64,000 nt of DNA from Gemmatimonadota bacterium (lineage in GTDB: Bacteria > Gemmatimonadota > Gemmatimonadetes > Gemmatimonadales > GWC2-71-9). The position numbers and the translations under genes are program-made. The stretch's first letter is position 1. Every line of letters starts with the position of its first letter. Of this stretch, positions 1-9,157 are shown one piece after another. The stretch spans positions 30,355 to 94,354 of the forward strand of contig JBGQFX010000002.1 of assembly GCA_041497135.1 (NCBI GenBank). Direction: 5' to 3'. The notes beneath the pieces are model-generated. The model did not search any database. It was given only the letters and a program-made list of their open reading frames with translations, and was not told where the DNA came from.

Positions 1-761
1 GTGGGGCTCACGGTCGTCACGAGGTCCGCAAGCGCCAACCCTGCCTTGAGCCAGTTCGCGCAGCCCTGCCACGCAAACCGCCTGGTGGCGGAGGCTGCGA
101 ACCCGATCTCCTCCAGGGTCTCGGGGGAAAACTGGCCCTGGAATGCCGCATTGTGCACCGACAGCACTGCGGGCAGCGCGTCGTAGTACGCCTCCGCCGC
201 CAGCGCGGCGCGCAGGTATACCGGGGCGAGCGCCGTGTGCCAATCGTGCGCGTGGAGCACCGCCGGCGCCGGTACCAGCCGCGGCAACGCCCGCAGCGCC
301 GCCAGCGTGAAGAACGCAAACCGCCGCGCGTTATCGGGGTAATCGGCGCCGCCTTCGCCGTAGATCCCCGGCCGCTGAAAAAAGCCATCGTGCTCGACGA
401 AGACGACACGAGGGCCGGCTCCCGCACCCGTGAATTGCCAGAGACGTCCCGTCTCGCGCTGGCGGCCAAGCGGGACTTCGAACGCGGGGCCGAGCGGCTG
501 GAGCGGCGTCTCGCTCTCGCGCACGCATCGGTACAGGGGCGAGAGGACCGTCGTCCGCAGGCCGCCCTCGGCTTGGCACCGTGCCAGCCCGCTCACCGCC
601 ATCCCGAGGCCCCCAGTCTGAGCGAATGGCCAGTATTCGGCGCTCAGGTGCACGACCGCCGTCGGCCGCGTCGCCGGGACCGGTCGCTGGAGGCGGCTCG
701 ACGCGGCCCGCACGCGGGCCCGTTCCCGTCTTTGAGGTTTCCCCACCGTTGCAGTGTCCAT
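1..761 (-). CDS. glgA: glycogen synthase, N-terminal ~253 codons (3' end runs off the window start)
   Basis: Absent from the ORF track because there is no stop in the window. My reverse-strand translation from ATG 761-759 is open to position 1: MDTATVGKPQ...VVHLSAEYWPFAQTGGLGMAV...VFVEHDGFFQRPGIYGEGGADYPDNARRFAFF...LHAHDWHTALAPVYL...SVHNAAFQGQF...NWLKAGLALADLVTTVSPT. These are GT5 GlgA hallmark motifs. Confidence 0.85.
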   Translation of the reverse strand, partial: MDTATVGKPQRRERARVRAASSRLQRPVPATRPTAVVHLSAEYWPFAQTGGLGMAVSGLARCQAEGGLRTTVLSPLYRCVRESETPLQPLGPAFEVPLGRQRETGRLWQFTGAGAGPRVVFVEHDGFFQRPGIYGEGGADYPDNARRFAFFTLAALRALPRLVPAPAVLHAHDWHTALAPVYLRAALAAEAYYDALPAVLSVHNAAFQGQFSPETLEEIGFAASATRRFAWQGCANWLKAGLALADLVTTVSP

Positions 762-774
762 CGCCCCTTTTCTC

Positions 775-1065
775 TCAGGTCGCGATCACCGAGTTCTCGC
801 CGCCGTACGAGTTCGCGGCGGACTTCTCGACCTCGGGATCGTTGATCCACACGGTTTCGTCCAGGAGGTACTTGAACTGGTACTCGCGCCCGCGCTCGAG
901 CTGCAAGGTGAGCTGCCACGCCCCGTCATCCGTCCGGCGCATGGCATGAACGGGGTGCCAGTCGTTGAAATCGCCCATCACGTGCACCGTGGCCGCCTCT
1001 GCGGGCCGGAGCAAGAACGTCACTTTGACGCATCCCTTCCTGCGCGCTCGTTGCTGCTTCACCAT
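775..1065 (-). CDS. glycogen-binding CBM48 / AMPK-beta-like (E_set) domain protein
   Basis: 96-aa ORF. The stretch VHVMGDFNDWHPVHAMRRTDDGAWQLTLQLERGREYQFKYLLDETVWINDP is the typical CBM48 core. It ends 13 nt upstream of the glgA start. Confidence 0.75.
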   Translation of the reverse strand: MVKQQRARRKGCVKVTFLLRPAEAATVHVMGDFNDWHPVHAMRRTDDGAWQLTLQLERGREYQFKYLLDETVWINDPEVEKSAANSYGGENSVIAT

Positions 1066-1077
1066 GTTACCGACCTC

Positions 1078-1347
1078 CTATTCGAATCGTCCGCCGGCCA
1101 ATCGCTTGGACAGCGCGTTGTAGATCGGCGTGAATGCAAGTCCCGCGTAGACCCCGTAGAGGAACGACTCCACGAGTCCGATCAGGAAGCCTGCCGGTGT
1201 GAGCCAGCGGAACCCGGGAAGCACGCTCTGGAGGAAGCCACTCATGTGCAGTGATTCAGGGACGATCAACCCGTAGAGCACGCACACGACGAACGTCACC
1301 GCGCCGAACAGGCCGAGCGACCAGGTGACGACCTTATTGCTCAGCAT
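1078..1347 (-). CDS. small hydrophobic membrane protein (89 aa), paralog of 23981..24235
   Basis: Uses the internal ATG (1347) of the 248-aa track ORF, whose upstream part is an Arg-rich shadow frame. Sequence MLSNKVVTWSLGLFGAVTFVVCVLYGLIV...GFLIGLVESFLYGVYAGLAFTPIYNAL. The C-terminal helix aligns without gaps to GWMIGIAEGAAVGLFEGTLIGVFYNLF of the cus-linked gene. Confidence 0.6.
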   Translation of the reverse strand: MLSNKVVTWSLGLFGAVTFVVCVLYGLIVPESLHMSGFLQSVLPGFRWLTPAGFLIGLVESFLYGVYAGLAFTPIYNALSKRLAGGRFE

Positions 1348-1585
1348 GGCCTTCTCTTCCACTGGCAGAGGGGTTGTTGCCTCCGGACCCCTGGGTCTGA
1401 TGCTCAGCATGGGACTCCTCCTTTCGCTCGCCTGGCTCATCCTGCCTACGGCCGTGACTGTGCCCACCGCAACCGCCGCCTCCGCCGTGCCCCGCGCCCC
1501 CGTGGCCGCCGTGCATCTTGGTGTGCATCCAGATGAACAGCACTCCGACCACGATCCAGAACCAGTTCTCGCGTATCCAGTCCAT
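1334..1585 (-). CDS. small TM protein with His/Gly-rich tail (DUF2933-like, assignment from memory)
   Basis: 83 aa from ATG 1585, with GGAGG about 6 nt upstream. Sequence MDWIRENWFWIVVGVLFIWMHTKMHGGHGGAGHGGGGGCGGHSHG.... The track start at 1636 is a TTG that would overlap the candidate promoter. Overlaps the next gene by 14 nt. Confidence 0.55.
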   Translation of the reverse strand: MDWIRENWFWIVVGVLFIWMHTKMHGGHGGAGHGGGGGCGGHSHGRRQDEPGERKEESHAEHQTQGSGGNNPSASGREGHAEQ

Positions 1586-1632
1586 TGCGGCCTCCGTCGA
1601 CAGTGACCCTGCCTCCGCCCGCGTGAGAGAAG

Positions 1633-1647
1633 GCAAGACCGGTGCCC
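1633..1647 (-). promoter_or_regulatory. candidate sigma54 (-24/-12) promoter GGGCACCGGTCTTGC(C)
   Basis: The reverse strand reads gGGCAC-CGGTC-TTGCc with correct GG-N10-GC spacing. It lies in the 177-nt gap between the glgP stop (1763) and the DUF2933-like start (1585), about 48 nt upstream of that ATG. Confidence 0.55.
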
Positions 1648-1762
1648 CGTGCCTCGGTTTCCGAACCGGCGATGGAGTGGACAGTTAGGCGGTGTCGCGC
1701 GAGGCCTAGGCGGCACGAAGGCGGGAGGGATGGCCCACTGGATGGGGGATATGCCCCGACAG

Positions 1763-3619
1763 CTACACGTACGCGTTCGCCGCGTACTGCTGGACCATCC
1801 GATGTGTGTTGAAGAACGACGCATTGAAGGCGATCGTCCGCCTCATGATGTCGATCCATCTTCTGCGGTCGTGGTAGTACAGCGGCGCGATCACCCCGCC
1901 GAGCTTGTCGTAGAGCTCCGCGGCTTCCTCGCCGGCCCTGCCCTCCACCGGCTGGCGGGCATCCCGCGGATCCGGCCCGATGGACCAGCCGGTCATCCCC
2001 TCCACGTGGCCCTCGACCCACCAGCCGTCAAGCACGCTGAGGCTCGGTACGCCGTTGTGCGCGGCTTTCATCCCCGAGGTGCCAGAGGCCTCGAGCGGGG
2101 GAATCGGCGTGTTGAGCCACAGGTCCACCCCCGCCGTGACCAAGCCGGCCAGCTCCAGATCGTAGTTCGCGAGGTAAACGATCCTCACCTCGTCAGCCAG
2201 TTCCCGAGCCACACGGAACACCTTCCGGATCAGCGCCTTCCCCGGCTCGTCTCTGGGATGCGCCTTACCGGCGAAGACGAACTGCAGGGGGCCGACAGCT
2301 CGAGAAATGGCCCTCAGCCGCCCGGGATCGGAAAGCACAAGGTCGGCCCGCTTGTAGGCCGCGGCACGCCGGGCGAACCCGATGGTGAGCGCGTCGGCGA
2401 GGAGCCGCGTCCCCGTGCGCCGCCGGACCTCTTCGAGGAGCGTTTCCTTCGCTTCGGTGTGGGCGGCCCAAACCTCGTCGGCCGGAATCCGGATTGCGTA
2501 CCGAAGCGAAAAGGGATCCTGGGCCCACCCCGGAATGTGACGGTCGTACAGGCGCCGGAACGGCTCACAGGTCCACGTCCTGGAATGCACCCCGTTCGTG
2601 ACCGCGTCAATGGCGTAGCCGGGGAACAGCTGCTGCGAAACCTGGCCGTGGCGCTTCGCGACCCCGTTGACGAAGTGCAAGAGGTTGAGCCCGAGCAGCG
2701 TCATGTTGAGCCGGTCCTGGCCCCCCAGCATGCGCAGCGCTTCCAGGGGAATCGGCTCTCCCAGCACCGCTCGCACGAGCTCATACGGGAACTGGTCGTG
2801 GCCTGCGGCCACCGGTGTGTGGGTGGTGAACACGCAGCGCCTCCGGACGATTTCGATCTGTTCCGCGAGGGTGCGCTCACCTGGCGCTTCACGCAACAAC
2901 TCCAGCGCGAGGAGGCTCGCGTGCCCTTCGTTCGTGTGGTAGCGCTCGATCCCCGTGTACCCCAGCGCACGGAGCACGCGGACGCCCGCGATCCCGAGGA
3001 CCATCTCCTGGCCGAAGCGGTGCCGCTCGTTCCCGCCGTACAACCCGTCGTTCAGCCCCCGATCCTCGGGCGCGTTCTCCGGTGCACCTGTGTCCAGTAG
3101 GATCAGCGGCACCACGAAGCCTCCCTGGCCGAGGACATCGTACCGCCAGGCCCGGACCAGCACGGGGCGGCCAGCGATGGAGATCTGGATCGTCGGCTCG
3201 AGCGGGCGCAGGATCTCCCCGGGGCTCCAGATCACGGGGCGCTCGGTCTGGTTTCCCTCGGAGTCCAGGATCTGGTCGAAGTATCCCTGCGCGAACAACA
3301 AGGTCACTCCCACCGCCGGGACTCGCAGATCGGCGAAGGAGCGGAGCGCGTCGGCGGCGAGGACCCCCAAGCCGCCGCTGTAGATCGGGAGCCGCGGATC
3401 GATCCCCACCTCCATCGAGAAGTAAGCGATCCGCCGGGCGGCGGGGTCCTCGGCGGCCGGACGAACCTCCACCCCTACGTACCGCTCCGGGCGCTGTAGA
3501 AAGGCGTCGCTGCAGTACTGGGAACAGAAAAAGAACGCCCGCCCCCGGTGCGTGGCCGACCGGGCCTTCTCGGGATCGACCAGCATGCCGCATACGGGGT
3601 CTCGGTCAGGAGTGTCCAT
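1763..3619 (-). CDS. glgP: alpha-glucan (glycogen) phosphorylase with N-terminal YHS/TRASH metal-binding domain
   Basis: 618 aa from ATG 3619; the track ORF extends through an Arg/Ala-rich leader. N-terminus MDTPDRDPVCGMLVDPEKARSATHRGRAFFFCSQYCSDAF is a YHS motif. The body has IAYFSMEVGIDPRLPIYSGGLGVLAAD, TNGVHSRTW and EASGTSGMKAAHNG (PLP lysine), as in the short GT35 alpha-glucan phosphorylase family. Confidence 0.88.
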   Translation of the reverse strand: MDTPDRDPVCGMLVDPEKARSATHRGRAFFFCSQYCSDAFLQRPERYVGVEVRPAAEDPAARRIAYFSMEVGIDPRLPIYSGGLGVLAADALRSFADLRVPAVGVTLLFAQGYFDQILDSEGNQTERPVIWSPGEILRPLEPTIQISIAGRPVLVRAWRYDVLGQGGFVVPLILLDTGAPENAPEDRGLNDGLYGGNERHRFGQEMVLGIAGVRVLRALGYTGIERYHTNEGHASLLALELLREAPGERTLAEQIEIVRRRCVFTTHTPVAAGHDQFPYELVRAVLGEPIPLEALRMLGGQDRLNMTLLGLNLLHFVNGVAKRHGQVSQQLFPGYAIDAVTNGVHSRTWTCEPFRRLYDRHIPGWAQDPFSLRYAIRIPADEVWAAHTEAKETLLEEVRRRTGTRLLADALTIGFARRAAAYKRADLVLSDPGRLRAISRAVGPLQFVFAGKAHPRDEPGKALIRKVFRVARELADEVRIVYLANYDLELAGLVTAGVDLWLNTPIPPLEASGTSGMKAAHNGVPSLSVLDGWWVEGHVEGMTGWSIGPDPRDARQPVEGRAGEEAAELYDKLGGVIAPLYYHDRRRWIDIMRRTIAFNASFFNTHRMVQQYAANAYV

Positions 3620-3660
3620 CAGGCCGCCGACCCTGGATCGATCCGCCGGGATCGCGGCAT

Positions 3661-4221
3661 TCAGGCTCCTCGCGCCGGCCAAGGCAACGCGATGGCCAGC
3701 AGCAGAGCGAACGTCAGGTACGCGAGCAGCTTCCGCCCGCCGCTGAGCTCGGTGAGCTCGTCCTGGGCCGGCGGGTGCCCGACGCCCGCACAGAACCAGA
3801 TGAGTAACGCCCACGTCAGCAGATGCGGGGAGTACAGCACGCCGCCGACGAGCAGGAGCCCGACGATCGCCTTCCCGAACGTCGCGGCGCCGCGGTGACC
3901 AAGCAGCGCGTACGCGATGTGACCACCATCAAGCTGGCCGACGGGGATCAAGTTCAAGGCGGTCACCACCAAACCGAGCCATCCTGCGAACGCGACCGCT
4001 CCGAGCTCGACCGGCCCCGTCGGCAGCGCTCCGGTCACGACTCGGTAAATCCCCGCGAACAGCAGCGAAGAAGAGGGCGCCATGCCGTGCGCCGTCCCGG
4101 TCACGCTCCCCGGCAGGCCGAGGAACAATGCCATCACCGCGGCGACCAACCCGGCTAGGGGGCCGGCGATCGCGACGTCGAAGTACACCGCTCGGTCTCG
4201 CACAGCGCCCCGCATCCCCAC
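3661..4221 (-). CDS. M50 (site-2 protease) family C-terminal half only; probable gene remnant
   Basis: 186 aa with DVAIAGPLAGL and NLIPVGQLDGGHI (M50 second motif) but no HExxH anywhere. The frame upstream of 4221 hits a TGA within about 35 codons and is occupied by the end of the neighbouring gene, so an N-terminal catalytic half cannot be encoded here. Confidence 0.5.
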   Translation of the reverse strand: MGMRGAVRDRAVYFDVAIAGPLAGLVAAVMALFLGLPGSVTGTAHGMAPSSSLLFAGIYRVVTGALPTGPVELGAVAFAGWLGLVVTALNLIPVGQLDGGHIAYALLGHRGAATFGKAIVGLLLVGGVLYSPHLLTWALLIWFCAGVGHPPAQDELTELSGGRKLLAYLTFALLLAIALPWPARGA

Positions 4222-4234
4222 TCCTCCCCGACGT

Positions 4235-4926
4235 TCATGTGACTGGAGCCGGCTGCGGCGGCGGGAGCACGCCGAGCTTCTCCAGGAGATGCAAGTGCGC
4301 CAGCGCGGGTTGGGTCAGCCGCATCCCGTGCAGCGCCTCCCGGTGCCGTTCCAGGAAGCGGCAAATCTCGCGAGCCGCGTGCGCGAGACTGATGACGACC
4401 GGCGCACGGTGGACGTCACCGGAGCGGCCGGCAAACACGGCCAGGCGCGCGCGACAGCGAAGCCCTCCAGGGTGCTCCATCTCGGCGGTGCCGCGCTGGA
4501 GCAATGCCTGGACGTGATGGCCGACATGGCCCGCGCGCAGCAGCCGAGCCGCTCCAGGGTGGCCCGCAACGTATCCGCGCGCTTGAGATTCGGATTGACG
4601 CGGGCCTTTCCTTCCTTGACCTCGCAGATCAGGAGATCCATGGCGTCGTCTCCGACGCGCAACCCCGGATCGGGGCGAGCCTCGTGCTCGGGGCCGGCGC
4701 CCAACGGCTGGGCGAGCGGAAAGCGGAGCGCGATCACGTCGACATCGGTCACCATCTCACTACCGCTCGACCCCGCTCCGACGATCGGGAACTCGGTGAC
4801 CGTCAGGTAGCCGCTGAGGTGCAAATAGGCTTGTACGAGTGCCACGGCTGGGTCCACGAGTCTTCCCTCCGGTACAGGCTCGTGCCGCACGCCTCGGGCC
4901 GGGGCGGCGCTGCTTTCATCGCCCAT
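4235..4926 (-). pseudogene. PD-(D/E)XK-like hypothetical protein, apparently interrupted by a 1-nt frameshift near 4540-4560
   Basis: The N-terminal frame (track 4315..4926) has ...TDVDVIALRF...MDLLICEVKEGKARVNPNLKRADTLRATLERLG (D...E-x-K pattern) and then turns into Ala/Arg/Ser-rich shadow sequence. The protein-like continuation LLRAGHVGHHVQALLQRGTAEMEHP...VVISLAHAAREICRFLERHREALHGMRLTQPALAHLHLLEKLGVL lies in the frame of track ORF 4235..4504. Confidence 0.4.
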
Positions 4927-5012
4927 GATTTCAGTCGGTTAGGCGAGGAAACCAGCCGCGGCCAGGTCCCAGCGCGGGCGAGGCCGCTCGCGGAATGGGG
5001 CAGATGCCCCGC

Positions 5013-5672
5013 TCATCGCAGATGTGGTTGAGAGGAGCGAGGCGACTGTAGCCGCGCCACGATCTCGCGCCAGATTCCGTTCCTTCGGACGTGCGAGATC
5101 GCGAGACCGGCCGCCACCACGTTTTCCTCCGTGCGGCGGTTGATCTCGGGCCCGAAGATTCGGCGTGTGAGCGGACTCAGCCAGTCGAATATTTTGGCCA
5201 AAACGGGGTTCGTCGGACGGACGTGCTCCAAGAGGAGCACTGTTCCGTCGGGACGCACGACGCGGCTTACCTCCTCCAGTCCCCGGATCGGATGCTCGAC
5301 GGAGCAAAACACGCAGGTGGCCGTGGCCGTGGCAAAGGTTCCGTCCCGGAATGGAAGGGCCTCGGCGGCCGCGCGGACGTACTCCACCGTTCGCCCGAGC
5401 GTCTTCCCCCGGTGCCGGGCGCGTACGAGCATCCGCGCCGAGATGTCCACGGCGGTGAGCTGCACGCCCTGCGGGTACAGCGGGAGATTCCGGCCGGTGC
5501 CTACCCCGACTTCCAGGGTGAGTCCTTGCGCGCGTTCGATCACGCGGCGGCGCCGCGCCCGGCCGCCCATCGCCTCCATGGGTGCCTCGAGCCAATCGTA
5601 AAGCGGCGCCATGCGGTCGTAGACCCGTGCCACGACAAATGGTCGCATCCACCACCTACGCGGTTCACTCAC
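5013..5672 (-). CDS. class I SAM-dependent methyltransferase
   Basis: 219 aa. LTLEVGVGTGRNL (motif I), DISARML, ALPFRDGTFATATATCVFCSV and VVRPDGTVLLLEH fit the Methyltransf_11/UbiE-like pattern. Confidence 0.85.
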   Translation of the reverse strand: MSEPRRWWMRPFVVARVYDRMAPLYDWLEAPMEAMGGRARRRRVIERAQGLTLEVGVGTGRNLPLYPQGVQLTAVDISARMLVRARHRGKTLGRTVEYVRAAAEALPFRDGTFATATATCVFCSVEHPIRGLEEVSRVVRPDGTVLLLEHVRPTNPVLAKIFDWLSPLTRRIFGPEINRRTEENVVAAGLAISHVRRNGIWREIVARLQSPRSSQPHLR

Positions 5673-5843
5673 CTGTCTGACTCTCGGGCGCAGACCCTCG
5701 CGACTGGCACCAACCCATTAGCCGCGAGGCGCTGAAGAGCCTCCGATGGTGACTCTTCTCGCCGCTCGCTACCAACCGGAGCCGAGGCGGGCTCACGCAA
5801 ACCGGGCGATGCCAGCGCCAGCAGGAGCTCGGTGCTGGCCGTA

Positions 5844-6140
5844 CTAGTGGTGACCACTCGACTCCTGCGACGCGCGGCTCGCGTAGTGATCCGGCGCAGC
5901 GGCGAACCGCTTGCGGCAGGCCTCGCCGCAGAAGTAGTAGGTGTTGCCGGCGTGCGCGACCTTCGCGACCGCAGGGTCCGCGTCGAAGGTCATGCCGCAG
6001 ACGGGATCGGTGACTCTCATGGATGGCTCCTTCGGATGACGGGTGGCATATCTCCTGGCAGCCCAGAGGAGCCAGACGATGAACCCGGCGGCGATGACCC
6101 ACCACGCAGAAATCGCGGCTTCCTGGATTGGGTTCAGCAT
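5844..6140 (-). CDS. membrane-anchored YHS domain protein
   Basis: 98 aa. One N-terminal TM (AAISAWWVIAAGFIVWLLWAA) followed by DPVCGMTFDADPAVAKVAHAGNTYYFCGEACRKRF, a YHS/TRASH motif. Confidence 0.8.
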   Translation of the reverse strand: MLNPIQEAAISAWWVIAAGFIVWLLWAARRYATRHPKEPSMRVTDPVCGMTFDADPAVAKVAHAGNTYYFCGEACRKRFAAAPDHYASRASQESSGHH

Positions 6141-6148
6141 GGGACCCC

Positions 6149-6523
6149 CTATTCAACGACGATCCGGCCCCGCAACATCCCCATCTGACAGCTGAATGGG
6201 TATTCTCCACGCTCGGTCGGAACGAATTCGACCGCCACCTCTTCGCCTTCCGGCAGGAGCGCGCTCTTGTCGAATGCGGGCAAGACCACGCGCTCGCTAC
6301 ACAGGGCCGACTCTTCACGCCGAAACACGAGCCGCACGGGCCGGCCCCGCCTCACGACGATGGTGTCAGGCGTGTACCCGCCCTTGACCACGATGAGCGC
6401 GCTTTGGACGCCGCCCGACAGCGCCGCGAAGACGCCTCGGGGCGTGGAGAGCCAGAAGTACCAAACGATCGCCCCGATGGTCGCGAGGCCGATGAGGTCG
6501 ATGAGGACTTTGTCGAGCGGCAT
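6149..6523 (-). CDS. cupredoxin-like (plastocyanin-fold) domain protein with N-terminal TM
   Basis: 124 aa. TM helix, then VRLVFRREESALCSERVVLPAFD...GEYPFSCQMGMLRGRIVV. This pattern is typical of copA-adjacent cupredoxin_1 proteins. It starts 3 nt after the copA stop. Confidence 0.7.
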   Translation of the reverse strand: MPLDKVLIDLIGLATIGAIVWYFWLSTPRGVFAALSGGVQSALIVVKGGYTPDTIVVRRGRPVRLVFRREESALCSERVVLPAFDKSALLPEGEEVAVEFVPTERGEYPFSCQMGMLRGRIVVE

Positions 6524-6526
6524 CGC

Positions 6527-9085
6527 TCAGACTCCTTTCGGGACAAAGGCGCGCAGACGGTTGGCATTGGTCACGACCGTGACTGAGCTGAACGCCATCG
6601 CCGCTGCCGCGATAAGCGGAGACAAGAGGATTCCGAACGCCGGGTAGAGGATGCCCGTGGCCACCGGGAGGCCCAGCACGTTGTAGATGAACGCCCCGAA
6701 CAGGTTCTGCTTAATGTTGCGCATCGTGGCGCGGCTCAACTGGATCGCCGTGATCACACCGCGGAGACTCCCTTTGACGAGGGTGATGTCCGCGGCCTCG
6801 ATCGCGACATCTGTCCCCGTACCCATCGCGATTCCGATGTCCGCCTGCGCGAGCGCGGGGGCGTCGTTGATGCCATCGCCCACCATCGCTATCCGCTTGC
6901 CCTCCCCCTGGAGGCGGCTGATCTCGTCGGCCTTGGTCTCGGGGAGGACCTCGGCCAGTGCCCGATCCACGCCGACCGCCCGAGCGATCGCGTTAGCGGT
7001 CCGCTGATTGTCGCCGGTCAGCATCACGACCTCGAGGCCCATGGTCTTGAGCGTGCGAACGGCCGCGACCGTGTCCTCCTTCAGCGTGTCGGCCACGGCG
7101 ACGATGCCGATGATCTTGCCGTCGACGGCGACGAACATCGGGGTCTTCCCTTCGTCGGCCAGCCGGTCGGCGGCGGCGGTGAGATCGCCCAGCTCGTACG
7201 CCCGTTCCTCCATCAGCCGCCGATTGCCGAGGACGACATCCTTGCCCTCGACCACTGCCTTGACCCCCCGGCCTGGGAGCGCCTCGAAGGCGGTAGACTC
7301 CCCGAGCGCGATCCCGCGGGACTGCGCACCGGCGACAATGGCCTCGCCCAGCGGGTGCTCTGAGCCGCGTTCGACGGTCGCCGCCATCCGCAGCACGAAC
7401 GCTTCGTCGGACGCGGCAGCGACGACATCGGTGACCGAGGGCTGGCCCTTCGTCATTGTCCCGGTCTTGTCGAGCACGACGACGTCGAGCTTGTGCGCGG
7501 TCTCCAGTGCCTCACCCGAACGAATCAGGATGCCGTTCTCCGCACCCTTGCCGATACCCACCATGAGCGAGGTCGGCGTGGCGAGGCCGAGGGCGCACGG
7601 GCAGGCGACGATCAATACGGTCACGAACACGATGAGGGCATAAACGACGGCCGGATGGGGACCGAAGGTGTACCAGACCATGAAGCCGAGGAGGGCGAGG
7701 ATCATCACGGCTGGGGCGAAGTAGCTCGAGACGAGATCCACGAGACGCTGGATCGGAGCCTTCGAGCCCTGGGCTTGCTCGACCATCCGGATGATCTGGC
7801 TCAAGACCGTGTCCCTGCCGACCTTGGTCGCCCGGAACTTGAAGCTGCCGGTCTTGTTGATCGTCGCCCCGATGACCGCGTCGCCGTTGCGCTTTTCCAC
7901 GGGCAGGGATTCCCCGGTGACCATCGACTCGTCCACGGCCGAGCTGCCTTCCGTGATCTCGCCGTCCGCCGAGATCCGCTCGCCGGGCCGCACGACGACG
8001 ATATCCCCCTGCACGACCTCCTCCGCCGGGATCTCGATTTCGCGCCCGCCACGGATGACGCGCGCGGTCTTTGGCTGGAGGCCGATCAACTTGCGGATTG
8101 CTTCCGACGAGCGCCCTTTCGCTTTGACCTCGAGCGCCTGACCCAGCACGACCAGGGCCGTGACGACCGCGGTGACGTCGTAGAAGACCTCCGCCAAGTC
8201 ACCCCGGGGGAACAGCGAGGGCACCATCACGGCGACAGTCGAGTAGAGCCAGGCGGCCGCGATGCCGATGCCGATGAGGGTGTTCATGTCGGCAGTGCGG
8301 TGTTTGAACGCCGCCCAGAGACCCTTGTAGAAATGTCCCCCCGAGTAGAACAGCACCGGGAGCGTGAGCACGCCGAGCCCCCCCCACACCAGCCGCAGGG
8401 TTGCGCTGCCCGGCGGCAGGAGCTCGCGCATGCCGAAGATCCACGGATATGAGAGAAGGACCGTAGGGACGGATACGGCGGCCGCGAACCAGAACTTGCG
8501 CATCAGCGAACGGAACTCGCGGGCGTGTGCGTCGGCCTGCCGGGGAGCTCCCGCTGGGGTCGTCTGGATCGGCTCCGGTCCCAGGTCGAAGCCCTCCGCG
8601 CGAACCACCGCGCGGACCGCCGTGAGGTCGGTATGCTTGGGAGTGTACTCGATGCTCAATGTTTCCGTCGCGAGGTTAACGCTGGCGTCGTAGACGCCCG
8701 GCAGCTGCAGCACAGCCCGCTCGACGCGCCGAACGCAGCTCGCGCACTTGAGTCCGGGAACCTTGAGGCGCCACCGAGCCACGGTTCTTCCGACATCGAT
8801 GCCCCGCTCCTCCAGGACTCCGATGATCGCTTCGATGCCGATGGCGCCGGGGTCGAACATCATGACGGCGCGCTCGGTGACGGGGTTCACCATCGCTTCG
8901 CGCACGCCCGGCAGACGCTCCAGCCGGGCGGCGAGCGGCGCCGCCTCAGCGGCGCACGAGAGACCGGCGACCGATAGCTCGATACGCTGCAATTCCAGGC
9001 GCTGCGTCACCGTACCAACTTCCGGCTTCGCCCCGGACGTGGGGCAGGTGATGGTACCGAGCGGTTGCGTCACTGTTGTTGCCAT
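6527..9085 (-). CDS. copA: Cu(I)-translocating P1B-type ATPase
   Basis: 852 aa. Two N-terminal HMA folds: the first is degenerate (GLSCAAEAA, single Cys) and the second is GLKCASCV. Also has CPC ([11 protein letters not shown]), DKTGTMT, TGDN and GDGINDAP. Confidence 0.95.
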   Translation of the reverse strand: MATTVTQPLGTITCPTSGAKPEVGTVTQRLELQRIELSVAGLSCAAEAAPLAARLERLPGVREAMVNPVTERAVMMFDPGAIGIEAIIGVLEERGIDVGRTVARWRLKVPGLKCASCVRRVERAVLQLPGVYDASVNLATETLSIEYTPKHTDLTAVRAVVRAEGFDLGPEPIQTTPAGAPRQADAHAREFRSLMRKFWFAAAVSVPTVLLSYPWIFGMRELLPPGSATLRLVWGGLGVLTLPVLFYSGGHFYKGLWAAFKHRTADMNTLIGIGIAAAWLYSTVAVMVPSLFPRGDLAEVFYDVTAVVTALVVLGQALEVKAKGRSSEAIRKLIGLQPKTARVIRGGREIEIPAEEVVQGDIVVVRPGERISADGEITEGSSAVDESMVTGESLPVEKRNGDAVIGATINKTGSFKFRATKVGRDTVLSQIIRMVEQAQGSKAPIQRLVDLVSSYFAPAVMILALLGFMVWYTFGPHPAVVYALIVFVTVLIVACPCALGLATPTSLMVGIGKGAENGILIRSGEALETAHKLDVVVLDKTGTMTKGQPSVTDVVAAASDEAFVLRMAATVERGSEHPLGEAIVAGAQSRGIALGESTAFEALPGRGVKAVVEGKDVVLGNRRLMEERAYELGDLTAAADRLADEGKTPMFVAVDGKIIGIVAVADTLKEDTVAAVRTLKTMGLEVVMLTGDNQRTANAIARAVGVDRALAEVLPETKADEISRLQGEGKRIAMVGDGINDAPALAQADIGIAMGTGTDVAIEAADITLVKGSLRGVITAIQLSRATMRNIKQNLFGAFIYNVLGLPVATGILYPAFGILLSPLIAAAAMAFSSVTVVTNANRLRAFVPKGV

Positions 9086-9121
9086 CGACTCCTCTCACTC
9101 CTCGGTTCGCCCTGCCAAGAG

Positions 9122-9136
9122 GCAAAGCCCGGACCA
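9122..9136 (-). promoter_or_regulatory. candidate sigma54 promoter TGGTCCGGGCTTTGC(C) upstream of copA
   Basis: The reverse strand reads TGGTCCG-GGCT-TTGCc. TGG, CG and TTGC are in consensus positions with correct spacing. It sits inside the 72-nt gap upstream of copA (ATG 9085, GAGGAG RBS). Confidence 0.4.
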
Positions 9137-9157
9137 TGCGGCGATCCGGGCTGATCT

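Noticed and set aside
3620-3814. N-terminal 65-codon extension of the phosphorylase ORF, and similar extensions of cusA (21531-21929), the amidohydrolase (35066-35254), gltA, osmC and the BNR protein
   Set aside because: The extensions are Arg/Ala-rich and lack family similarity. In-frame ATGs with RBS-like sequences, or stop/start overlaps with neighbouring genes, give N-termini that match the expected family starts.
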